Shown piece by piece: positions 50,801 to 61,635 of a stretch of DNA of 64,000 nucleotides. Position numbers and translations under genes: made by a program. Each line of letters begins with the position of its first letter. The stretch's first letter is position 1. Under the pieces are notes generated by a model, which was given only the letters and a program-made list of their open reading frames with translations, was not told the origin of the DNA and ran no database searches. Source of the DNA: Thalia democratica (taxonomy: Eukaryota); the NCBI GenBank assembly GCA_965202585.1, contig OZ241828.1, forward strand, positions 40,796,001-40,860,000, read 5' to 3'.

Positions 50801-53800
50801 TGGAAGTTTTAAGTTTTTGACTAAGATTGGTTTTTGATGACTTAAGCAATTTTATTTACTTTAAATTGTGTAATTTGCAATTTTTTCCTTATATTGGTTT
50901 TTTATTTAATTAATATATACTTATTTTGATATCAACTTGCATAATTTTTCAACTTAGCTAGACTATTATCAACTTAAAACAACTTTATTATGTTGTCACC
51001 GTTCATAAAATTCGATAAATATACTAATTTATTTTTAAATTTAAACAGTTTCTTTCCTCGTACATTAGAAATCCACTGGTTGTCTATAATCAATTCTGTG
51101 ATTCTAATCTCCTTACTAATGGCTTTTATAGTTGTCATACTGACTAAAGTCCTGAGAAGTGACTTCTCTAGGTATAACAAGTAAGTCTGTTATGTATGTT
51201 AGTTTTGAAATGGTTTTTTAAATTAATTAGCTCGCAGCTAAATATGTAGTCTCATAATAAAGTGTATATTTGTATATAAGTTTAGTGTGCTTTTCACTTA
51301 AGTTAACTTACTCAATATTATAACGAAACATTTTTGGTTTAAAATAAATATTTCAAACAGAATAGATGATGAAGAAGATTTGAGGGATGATGACAACGGC
51401 TGGAAAATCATTCATACTGATGTTTTCAGATTTCCCAAGTACAAATCTCTTTTCTGTAGTGTTATAGGAGTTGGTAGTCAGTTGCTGTCTATTGGTTCAG
51501 GTTAGATAGGTGTTTTTTAATAAAAACAAGTCAAAAACTATAATAGTTTAGTTTATAAAATACAATCAGTACTTAGTCGATAGTTTTTATATATTGTTAT
51601 ATTTAAGATAATACATGTAACTCTATTCATTTGACATTTACAAATTACATAAATGTAAAGTTATTGATCTCATAGTTTTTAATTATTTTAATATACTGAT
51701 AAAACGAAGTATAAATGGAAGGGCTAAAGGAAACATTAGACTCTGTTACATAAGTAATTTAACAGTAAGTTTAAAAAAAGAATATATCGAAATACATAAC
51801 AGCTTAATTTTTCATGTGTTAGATTACATGCTCAGATGCGTTCGTTTTTATTACAACGTCACACGCGCATTTCACGATCATTCACACGGTTATTATAAAC
51901 ACGAAAACTGCTTTTGAAATTTTATAGTGTCAAGAAAATTAAAAATGCTTGTTGTATTATAAATATTTCCTTCGGTACGAACAAAAACTTTGATATTTAA
52001 AAACGAACTAACTTACTTTTTCTTCATGTTAACGTTATTTTAATATATTACTAGTTATGCTTTTCTGGGGATTGAAGTATATTTTTACAAGTAAAAAGAA
52101 CTGAACTTAAAATATCTATGAGGTTGATAATAGTATATGTTATGGAATTTTGATTTTTTGTATATGATTTAAAAAAGTTAAACTTTGATAGAATAATAAA
52201 TTTAACCTTTTTAAGATAAATTGAAAGGTATATACAATAAAAGTTTTAAGTTTTTTAATAGCTTTTGTTTCAAACTAGTAAATACAGATTGAAAAAAATA
52301 TACCTTATAAATATTTGAATATTTACCTTGTAAAGCAATAGTTTGATAAGTTTTAACTTAAGTGCTTAGATCAAAAATTAATATACTTATATTAAACATG
52401 TTGTTGTATCTATAAGTGTCAATATTGTTTAATTTCAGCCTATTAGTAAAAAAATGTTGCATCAATTATACCAGTCACTTTTGAATTTTAGTTTTTAATG
52501 ACGAAAATTAAAAAAGAAACATAGTAGTGCAGTTTTCTTTTATTTACCTTTTTTAACATTTTTTTTTGATAAGGGTACAGTTAAAGATATTACCAAATTT
52601 ATATATTTTATCTGAATTAAAAACAAATTTTCTTAGTGTTTGACATCTTGATTTGATTTAATATAAAATAAAATTTACTTTTTTAAAGCCTTTATAACGT
52701 TTTTAATATCAAGAAAGAAACTTTTTAAAGATTATTTCAATACTAAAGATTCGTTTATTTTTTGTATTTATAAAATAACTTACAAAATTAAAAAATCAGG
52801 AATAATAATAATGGCACTGATGGGCTTCTTCAAGACGACCCGCCATGGTTCGATGAACACGGCTGCCATTCTCCTTTACGCTCTTACGTCATACATCGCC
52901 GGTCACGTGAGCTCGTCCATGTACCGAAAGCTTCAGGGCGACAAGTGGGTCAAAAACATCGTTCTCACTGCTTCCCTGTTCACAGGTTTTTTTTTTTTCA
53001 TTTATCACCTACGATGTGTTGACTGTAAAAAATAGCTCGTTTCACAGACTAAAGAGCTTTTTAATTAAATAATAATAATTATTATAACACTAATAAAAAG
53101 TGCGAACATCAATAAAAAAAGTTTACAATTTTATTTATATTTGATTGATAAGGTCGGATTTTTCCCTGCTGATAATTAGAACACTTAATTCGCACTTTTG
53201 TTATTATTATTTAAATATGTCACTTCAATTCACACAAACACAGCGCCCTGCTTCATCGTGTGGTCTTGCGTCAACTCTGTGCACTGGTTCTACGGCAGCA
53301 CCCAGGCCCTCCCCTTCTCCACCGTCCTCCTCCTCATGCTCGTCTCCACCCTCGTCGGCTTCCCGCTCACCGTCCTCGGCGGCATCATGGGCAAGAACAC
53401 CTCGCACGAGTTCGACGCCCCCTGCCGCACCAAGAACATCTGCAGGGAAATCCCCAGGCAGCCGTGGTACAGAAGCATGTTCTGCCACATGGTGTTCGGC
53501 GGGTTTCTACCGTTCAGGTTTTATTTTGATATTAACTTTTGTTGTTATTGCATTTTATGTTGACATAAAAAATAAAAAGTTATACAGTAGGGATTATACA
53601 CTTAAATTAGTAGTAAAAAAGACACTTAATAAAAATCCTATTTAATAAATGTTATCAATTCCTTTTGGGAAGATATATTATTTTACAGATTTACTAGATT
53701 CTATTTCGTTAAGCTTCTAATTCTATATTTATTGATATTTGTAAAAAGCCTAGTTAATAAGTTAAAGTATACTTATTTATGGATTTGAATAATGAATATG

Positions 53801-56518
53801 TTCATAAGCTGTCCAACATTCTTAATTTTTTTTAAATTAATATCAATTTTGATATTTTGTTTACATATTTATTTTAATAATTTATACATAAAACTTTTCC
53901 TATATCTATCCAATAATTGTTTTGATAAATAAATATTATTAAATATTTTATGAAGTTGTTTAAATTGTAAATATATAATTTTTTATCTTTGGTTTATAAA
54001 TTACTTTTAAATAAAATAAAAACTGTAAAAATTTATGATATTGAAGAAAAAAAGTAAACCTTACAAAAGTATACAGTATCAAGAGATAAGTTTGTGGGTT
54101 ACTATATTGTTATTTTTAAGCAAAACTTAATCATTATTTTAGTTTGAACTTTCATAGCTTATAATCGTTGATAAATTTTGAAATATCAAGTTATGAACTT
54201 AATTATTTAATATTTTTTAACAATAAAAAAGTATACGTAATTAAAAAATTATACACCTTTTGAAATTAGCTGTAAGTAAATATTGTATACAAAATTAGAC
54301 TACAGGTAGTACAGACTAAAATTTTAATTAAATAAGATTTAAGTTAATATCACTGTTTCAAAATAATAAATAATTATAGCTAAAGGTTTTTAACAACTTT
54401 AAATTTGTAACAACTTGTTGTAATAATAATCTTTATGTTTGTGAAACAGCGCCATATCCGTGGAGCTGTACTACATTTTTGCAACGGTGTGGGGAAGGGA
54501 AATATACACGCTGTACGGAGTGTTGTTGCTCGTGTTTGTACTTGAAATAGTTGTTAGCGCGTGTGTTGCTGTTGCGCTAACCTACTTTCAACTGTCAAGT
54601 GAAGACTACAGGTTTGTATTTTACATAATTTATTTCGTACCAAATTATTATTTTCTGTAGAGTTTTAAATTTAATCTATGTTATCTGACAATGTTTGTTT
54701 GTTTATTTATATTTTTTTACACTAATTTCGTTTTTTTTATTCATATTTCTTATTCAAATTACTATTTATTTGAATCCAGTAAATAAAAAAAGATAGAAAT
54801 AGATTTTCTTTTACTTTAGATTGTTTAGTTTTGTTAAGGTTTCTAGTAAATAATCTCAGGTTAGTTTAGGTTTTTCATCATACAAAGTTTGTTTAATTAG
54901 TTTTTGTTAATTTTGTAATATTTAGTCGACTTGTGCAACAAGTTACCCACCTTGTAGCTAAAATTACACAAATAGTAGATTTCATCATTAATTTTTATAG
55001 AAATATAAAATTACTCATATGGATCTCAAATGAAAGTTTATAGGAGTAGCAACCAGTAATTCATAGCTCAAATAAAAATAATCAGTTATAAAAAATAAAG
55101 TAAACTAAAACTAAAAACACATATTAAAACACCTATTACAGTTGTTACACCTATCAAATTAAGTTTGAAGTTAGATATTTCAAAATATCCTACCTTTCGA
55201 TTTTTTACACTTGAGCTATGTTACGCTTCCTAGACTCTTTGCAATTTTAGTCACAATTGTATGTATTGCATGAATGTGAGTGTACAACAACATGTAATTT
55301 AAGTGAGGCGTTAACAAAACATTGCACCGGAAATGAAATACTTTAAATTTAATTTGATTTTTATCTTTAAAATTGTATAAAATTTTTTTTTTAATTTTTC
55401 AACTAAAATTTAGTAGAGAAAGCTCAGTGGCTAAAGATTTTGACCCACTAAAATGTATATTACACATTGGAATGTACGTTTGATAACATTTCTTATAACA
55501 TTTGTAGTTGTTTTTTCAAATTTAAATACTATAACCAAAAATTTATTATAACAGATGGTGGTGGAGGTCCATATTCAGTGCTGGTTCCTCGGCTTTCTTT
55601 GTTTTTATGTAAGTTTTTAAGCTTTCTTGTAAAACTTTTTATTACATTAAATAATGCGTAATTTTCTATATCATTTTCAAATTACAACTATTTTTTAGTA
55701 TCCTGTCAAATTTTATTATACATTTACAACATTTATGTACAACTCTAAGATTTTTAGATAATGATATTTAGAAGCAATTAAATTACTTGGTAACATTTGA
55801 AGCATTTTAATTAAAGCCGATGTTTTACAGAGTGTTAAAATTTTTTACTTTTATTCTTTTAAAGCTTATAAAATTGATAAAAATTTAAAACATTTTGCAA
55901 CAAAACAAAAAAATAACTACGTTTTATTTATGATAGACGTTTAATAAAACAATAAAAAAAATTAAATTTTTGTAACTGAACGCAGTTTATGCTATTACTT
56001 TTTTGAACAGCATTACTAAAGTTGAAATGGTTTCAGAAGTTAAATGGATCTAAAACATTTAACTAAAAAGTATTTTAAGCCTTTCTTAATTTGTGCTGGA
56101 ATCTTTTTTTTTGAGTTAGGTAAAACTTTAGCATCAAATTTTCTTTTTACAGTAGATGATTTTTTCTAAAATAATTTCGTACAAAAGTTAAAGGTTTTTC
56201 GTACAAATTTAATATAAGTGTATGTTTATTAAATCTTTTTGTCGGTTATTGTAAAATAAAAACCATGCAAAAGTTTTATTGTCGAATAAGAAAAAATGAT
56301 ACTTTAGTACTTATTTTTGATATTTTACTTGTTTTTCCAGGTATTGTTGTTTCTTTTACGTGAAAAGGTCAAACATGTCAGGCCCGATCCAAACAGTTGA
56401 GTTTTTCGGATATTCCATTTTGACCTGCTTTGCGTTCTTTCTCAGCCTAGGAACTGTTTCGTTTTTTGCTAGTCTCAAGTTTATTAGGTATATTTATGTG
56501 AACTTAAAAACAGACTAA
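44561..56518 (+). CDS. TM9SF1: Transmembrane 9 superfamily member 1, 10 coding exons, 586 aa
   Basis: Exons 44561-44881, 48830-48994, 49812-49960, 51049-51180, 51361-51500, 52800-52985, 53244-53517, 54450-54611, 55555-55608, 56341-56518 total 1761 nt, GT-AG, phases consistent; signal peptide, [87 protein letters not shown]. Confidence 0.95.
45169..45551. mobile_element. Foldback/Mutator-like MITE, copy D (TM9SF1 intron 1)
   Basis: GGGAACAGGTCAAATATGCAC / GTGCACATTTGACACCTACCC; one internal GGGTGAGGGTTAGG module; degenerate TSD AAAAAACTT / AAAAAAATC. Confidence 0.8.
46242..47423 (+). mobile_element. 5'-truncated Penelope/Poseidon-type PLE: RT C-terminal half plus GIY-YIG endonuclease
   Basis: Open frame from 46242 (ATG 46293): [71 protein letters not shown]; RT N-terminal motifs absent. 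Confidence 0.92.
48830..48994 (+). CDS. TM9SF1: TM9SF1 exon 2
   Basis: [27 protein letters not shown]...[12 protein letters not shown]. Confidence 0.9.
49812..49960 (+). CDS. TM9SF1: TM9SF1 exon 3
   Basis: IISVNTT...[27 protein letters not shown]. Confidence 0.88.
51049..51180 (+). CDS. TM9SF1: TM9SF1 exon 4
   Basis: [43 protein letters not shown]. Confidence 0.92.
51361..51500 (+). CDS. TM9SF1: TM9SF1 exon 5
   Basis: [39 protein letters not shown]. Confidence 0.92.
52800..52985 (+). CDS. TM9SF1: TM9SF1 exon 6
   Basis: [61 protein letters not shown]. Confidence 0.92.
53244..53517 (+). CDS. TM9SF1: TM9SF1 exon 7
   Basis: [27 protein letters not shown]...[20 protein letters not shown]...GGFLPF. 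Confidence 0.93.
54450..54611 (+). CDS. TM9SF1: TM9SF1 exon 8
   Basis: [29 protein letters not shown]...[11 protein letters not shown]. Confidence 0.93.
55555..55608 (+). CDS. TM9SF1: TM9SF1 exon 9 (54 nt)
   Basis: [17 protein letters not shown]; ATAACAG acceptor, GTAAGT donor. Confidence 0.88.
56341..56518 (+). CDS. TM9SF1: TM9SF1 exon 10 (last)
   Basis: [25 protein letters not shown]...[15 protein letters not shown]. Confidence 0.93.
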
Positions 56519-57611
56519 ACGCAGTTGCAAGTTTTTAAGCCTTATCAAGTTTGGTGAAAGATTTATTAGAAGGTTGATGTTTACTGGTTCAGCTTACTTT
56601 TTGTATGTTCGTTTTTGTTTTATTTTAAAACAACTAACTTAATTATATATTTACGCATTAAGTTTATTTTAAAACAATTTACACCCATATCCTGTTTTTC
56701 AATAAGATGTGACTCATGTTTGAGAAACATTACTTGTTTTTGACAAGTTAATAAAACTTTAACAGTGCTTATATTTAATGTAGGTGATTTTTTTGTTTTA
56801 ATTCTTATTGCTTTAAAGAAATTTTCAAATTTTTAATATACAGATATGAAATATTTTGTTTTAGTTTTGGTGCAATTGATTTTAAAAGGTAACTACATAA
56901 TAACTTAATTTAAAAACAATACTTTTTTACAATTATAAATGTTTAAGCTTAGTAAATCTCTGTAATGTTTTAAACTTAATTTAAATATTTATTACAAGTT
57001 TTATTTAAGAATATCAGTTAAGTTTATTTTGCATTGTATTTTATTTTACGTTACACAAACATTTATTTATCAATTTTATACGAGTAGTTTCTTGTATAAC
57101 CTACTCATAAAATGTTTATTTTGTAAATGAGTAATAGTAATGTTTTTTTATCAAACTAAAACAGCTTTTAATAAGTTTTAAGATTTTTTTTGCTGCCAAT
57201 ATTTTTATTTATTTATCTGATATTATAGTTTTTTGTTTTGTTTCAATAATAAACTTATTATTAATATAACAAAATTTGTTACTTTTTCTAATTTTTGTTA
57301 TAAGATGTTTACTAGTTATTCTGATTCGTTTACAGAAGTTAAACAAGTCATGAATATGTTTTATGTAATGTACTAAACTAATAATGAAATTTACTTTGTG
57401 TTAGTTGAAAACTCATAAAATGAGTGTATTTTTTGAATACTATTTAACTATTTTTAATAGAACTACTTGCCCACAATAGCACATAAACAGTTGAAAATTA
57501 TTTGTTATTAACTAAAAATATAACAGTTTTTAACTGAGAAGTTAAAAAGATTATATAATGCTTAAATAGTTACTGAACACTAAAATATTTGTTTTAAACA
57601 AAAGTTTTAAG

Positions 57612-57807
57612 TAGTGATGTACCGGACCCGGACTTTTTTTTCAAATTAGAATCGGCCGGAACCGGATCCGGACTTTTTTTTCAAACTAGAGTCCGGCCGG
57701 AACCGGATCCGGACTTTTTTTTCAAATTAGAATCCGGCCGGATCCGGATATTAGACAAAAATGGCAATATCCGGCCGGACCCGGATAGTGAGTCCGGTAC
57801 ATCACTA
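57612..57807. mobile_element. 196-bp hAT(Ac)-like MITE with CCGG-rich 40-41-bp internal tandem repeats
   Basis: Perfect 15-bp TIR TAGTGATGTACCGGA / TCCGGTACATCACTA; flanks GTTTTAAG / GTTTAAG; three units CCGGACTTTTTTTTCAAA(T/C)TAGA...CCGGCCGGA. Confidence 0.85.
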
Positions 57808-59401
57808 GTTTAAGTAACATCTGTTTAAACAATTTAAGGTTAAAAGTTTTAATACTTCAATAGTCAAGTTATAACAAATATATAGCTACATATATTCATT
57901 TAAAAATTGTAGCTAAAATATCAACTAGAAAATAACTTCATTTTAACATTGTATTTTTTTTAGAACTTGTAAATAAATACAATATCAGAAACTGTAGGTT
58001 TTCATATAAAGAAAAATTATTATCTGTAAATGGCCATTAGCTGTAAAAACAATAACGCAATTACTTTTCAATCTAAATTAACAGGAGCTTTATAATTAGG
58101 TAAAACATTTTGTAAGTCAACCATAACTACACTTAAAAATTATAAAAATCAAGTGTGAATTTTTTTGAACTATTTTTGTTTACATAAAATATTTACGATT
58201 TGCTACTTGATAGATTTTCAAGTCAAACTGTTTACTCAGCTTTAAATTAATAAATTTCGTTTAAGAGAATATATCTGTTAAGTGAATCATAAAACATACG
58301 TATATTTCAGCTTAAAACCTGATATTAACTTTTGATTATATTTCAAATTATATGCTTCTTTAAATAAACAATTTTTCTAAGTTTAAACAACGCTATAACC
58401 TTATTTATCAATAAAAAACTGAAATAAATGTTGTCAAATGGAAATTCTTTTACTAAAATTTTACCCGTCAACAATCAGTATGTTGAAAACTCGTAGTAAT
58501 TTTATTCATAGCGTTAACTTTTCACAGAAAGCTACCGTATAGTTTTTTTACTAACAATTGATATAAACAAAAATGATTAAATTGTGTTTATAATTTTTGT
58601 CAAATAACTAATTTGAAGATAGTCAAGTCTTAATATTTTGGAAATTACATTAAATATTAATATACTCTTTTATCGTTTCCTTTCAAATTGTTTTTGTCGC
58701 TATTTTGTTTAAGAGAATAGCTAAATAAAGTCATAAAAATGACTTTTTCTATTATCATAATCTAAAAAACTATTTTTAAGGAAATTCATACACCATTAAA
58801 AATATTTATATTATCATAAATGTTTAATAATTGAGTTATACGCAAGTTTTTTACATAGATTTTTAAAGCTAGTCGTACTTACGGACAAAAAATTTCTTCT
58901 AAAAAATTTATTTCTTTAAGGTTCAATAAAACGATCAATTTTATCAAATATATAAAAACAGGTCTACTTTTTACAATTATTTCAAACCTAAACATTTATG
59001 AATAGTACGCTATATTGTGAACATTAAAATATTTTTGTTGATGTTCCAAAAACTTTAAGTACATTATGGGCGTCAATAATGTAACACTATATGAGGTACG
59101 CACAAAATCTGGAAAACTAAATTTAATTATAAAACTCCTGATATCTGTAAAAAGTTTTAAATGAACTGAAACATGATCTTATTAGATTATTACAAGTATA
59201 GGACACTCCTTAAAAAGGTATGCTTTATAACAAAATAGAAAAGACCATATTTTTACAGATTTTTTTTTCATATGATTAACCAATCTAACAATCATTAGAC
59301 GTAAACAACTTAAAAAAAAGTTTTATCTAACATATAATAAACTAACCAATAATTTTTTTATTATTATAGTATTATCCAAGAATTTTGTATTAAACCTAAA
59401 C

Positions 59402-59740
59402 CAGCGATTCTTAAACTGAGGTATGTTCACCCATGTGGTTAAATACCTTTGTTTTAGTGGGTAAACTTTCTTTATTACCAATTATGTAAATTAATGTTTA
59501 CTAATTATATATATTTTTTAAGTTAGTATTTAACTTTGACTTTTTTAAAGTTAAATAAAACCTTTAAACATTACTACTTTTTATACTTAACGTAACGTTC
59601 AAAAATCTAGTTTTATTCCTCAAAATTAAACACTTTGTAGTATATTGGGGGTAAAACTGGTAACTACTTTCCAGAAAGGTGTAAATTTGGTAACAAAATT
59701 CCAAAAAGAGTAGAAAAATAAAATATGTTAAGAACCACTG
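59402..59740. mobile_element. hAT-like MITE
   Basis: CAGCGATTCTTAA / TTAAGAACCACTG; 8-bp TSD ACCTAAAC / GCCTAAAC. Confidence 0.75.
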
Positions 59741-60532
59741 GCCTAAACGAACAGTTTTGGTTTTGTATGGTATAAACTTACCAGGGACGTAGCCAGCTCG
59801 TAAAAGCTACGAAACTGCAAAAAAAAAACATGCATCAGGGATCAATAGTTCATAGCTGGAACAAAGCAATATAAACGTTGAGCCACTATCTTTGCTATTA
59901 TATTCTAGAATACAAATTAATTTAAAATTACCTCAAATCTATTCCTTCCTGCACAGTATTTTTTGTATTGGATTTCTTTTTCTTATTCGGAATAAACTGT
60001 TTTCGAAGTTATATTCAAAAATTACAAAATAAATCTGCAATACTTTTATGTTGCTTATAACTCTACAACTAGTTTCGATTAAAGATAATCATTTTCAAGT
60101 AGATATTATAATTATGACTTAATATTCTAGAAATATATTCTAGAAAGATTAAAAATATTATTTAAAATAGTGATGTCCAGTTGTGTCGCGTGGTCTTTTG
60201 TTAGGGGGTGCTGCAGATTGACATTGTCAAATTAAAAAAATCCTCTAGTCTTCAAAAATTTGTATTAAATCATAAAGGTAATGTAAAGAAATAGCAACTT
60301 TTTTAGAAAAAAATTGAGCATATTTTTTTAATTTATTAATATATAAAACAATTAAAAACAAATATTAAAAAAAAACCTATCTTATACCTTTGTATATCAT
60401 CACCCTTTCCTAACAACTACGGCTACTTTTATTTTTATTTATGTACATGTAAGTTTCTGTATTTGCACAGTAATAAATTTACTAACTTAGTTTTATGAAT
60501 TGTCTAGCTAGTAATAAAAAAACAAAAAAAAA

Positions 60533-60877
60533 TTAAAACATGCAAGTAACTTCAAAAAAACGAGGTTGCCCCTGCTCGAGTTGCTCCTGATCAAGTTTAC
60601 CCTGCTCGAGTTTTCGCTGCTCGAGTTGTCCCTGCTCGAGTTGTTTCTGCTCGAGTTGTTTCTGCTCGAGTTTTTTCTTGCTCGGGTTTCCCTGTTCGAG
60701 TTTCCCTTGATTGAGTTGCTCCTGCTCGATTTTTTCCTGTTCGAGTTGTACCTGCTCGAGTTGCTTCTGCTCGAGTTTTCCATGCTCGATTAGTTCCTGC
60801 TCGAGTTTTTCCAGCTCGAGTTGCTCTTGCTCTAGTATTTCCTGCTCGAGTTTTTCCTGTCCGAGTTGCCTCTGCAT
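60533..60877 (-). CDS. Putative (LEQxx)n pentapeptide-repeat ORF or exon
   Basis: 114-aa open frame through the whole array with synonymous CTC/CTA/CTT, GAG/GAA, CAG/CAA variation; low complexity makes open frames easy to obtain. Confidence 0.3.
   Translation of the reverse strand: MQRQLGQEKLEQEILEQEQLELEKLEQELIEHGKLEQKQLEQVQLEQEKIEQEQLNQGKLEQGNPSKKKLEQKQLEQKQLEQGQLEQRKLEQGKLDQEQLEQGQPRFFEVTCMF
60566..60870. repeat. 15-bp minisatellite, about 20 units (CTGCTCGAGTTnnnn)
   Basis: CTGCTCGAG recurs with a 15-bp period. Confidence 0.95.
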
Positions 60878-61381
60878 GAGTTCAACTTGTCTAATTGTTC
60901 TCGCGTTGTTGTAAATTTTAAAAAACAGTCATCATTTAATTCACAGAATTCAACTTTTCAACATTTTTTGTATTGAAAACTTGTAAACATTTAAGATGTA
61001 GCTGACACAGATTGAGCTTGCAGCTCCAATTTGACGAACATTTTGAACATCCAATATCAAAACTTGAAAAAAAATAATTTAGCAGGGAATTAACGACGTT
61101 CATACACACATTTGGCTGCATTTTTTGTACAACTTTATGATAACATAACTTTCTTATTTTTTAAGATAATATAAAAAGTTTTATTTCATTTTAAAGCACA
61201 ACTCCTTAACTTTAAAATTCCTTAACTTTGACGTAGTTTGGGGTTGTACAGCAGAAGCAGGGACTCATTTAAAGCAGCGTGTTTAAAGGCTTTAACTCTA
61301 AAATCAAAAAAATAATTAGCATAATTTTTCATTTTTAGGTGTAGCTACAGCTCCAGCGTTCCACCCCACGCGACGCCCCTG

Positions 61382-61635
61382 GTGGTGTCACAATAGTCTA
61401 AGGACCGAGTTGAAAACTTAACTGACGGGTACTGAAGTCGTGCAGAGGACGTATACGAATTTTTATCGCTGTTGAGCTAGTAACTTTACTTATGGACTTT
61501 AGAAAGGCTAAAAGTCTTATTTTCAATAGTGACGTCACAATAGTCTAACGACTGAGTTGAAAACTTAACTGAAGGGTATTGAGGTCGTGTAGAGGACGTA
61601 TAAGAAATTATTGCTGTTTAGCTAGTAACTTCATT
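61382..61635. repeat. Direct duplication with 147-bp period
   Basis: GTG(G/A)(T/C)GTCACAATAGTCTAA...GAGTTGAAAACTTAACTGA...GAGGACGTATA...GCTAGTAACTT at 61382 and 61529. Confidence 0.9.

Larger units (their letters stand above)
60178..61381. mobile_element. 1.2-kb hAT-like non-autonomous element carrying a 15-bp tandem repeat
   Basis: Ends CAGTTGTGTCGCGTGG / CCACGCGACGCCCCTG; 8-bp flanks GTGATGTC / GTGGTGTC (7/8). Confidence 0.6.

Noticed and set aside
53145-53645. Overlapping ORFs in several frames and strands around TM9SF1 exon 7
   Set aside because: By-product of extreme GC3 removing stop codons from alternative frames
60508-60914. Alternative-frame ORFs (NSSR-, LLE- and SCS-rich) and a CRISPR-like reading of the 15-bp and 40-bp arrays
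   Set aside because: Frames of the same minisatellite; no unique spacers or cas genes, and the context is eukaryotic
61400-61600. Permuted hammerhead in the 147-bp duplication (GAAAAC...CTGAAGG)
   Set aside because: Core is wrong (CTGAAGG/CTGACGG) and there is no room for stems III and I
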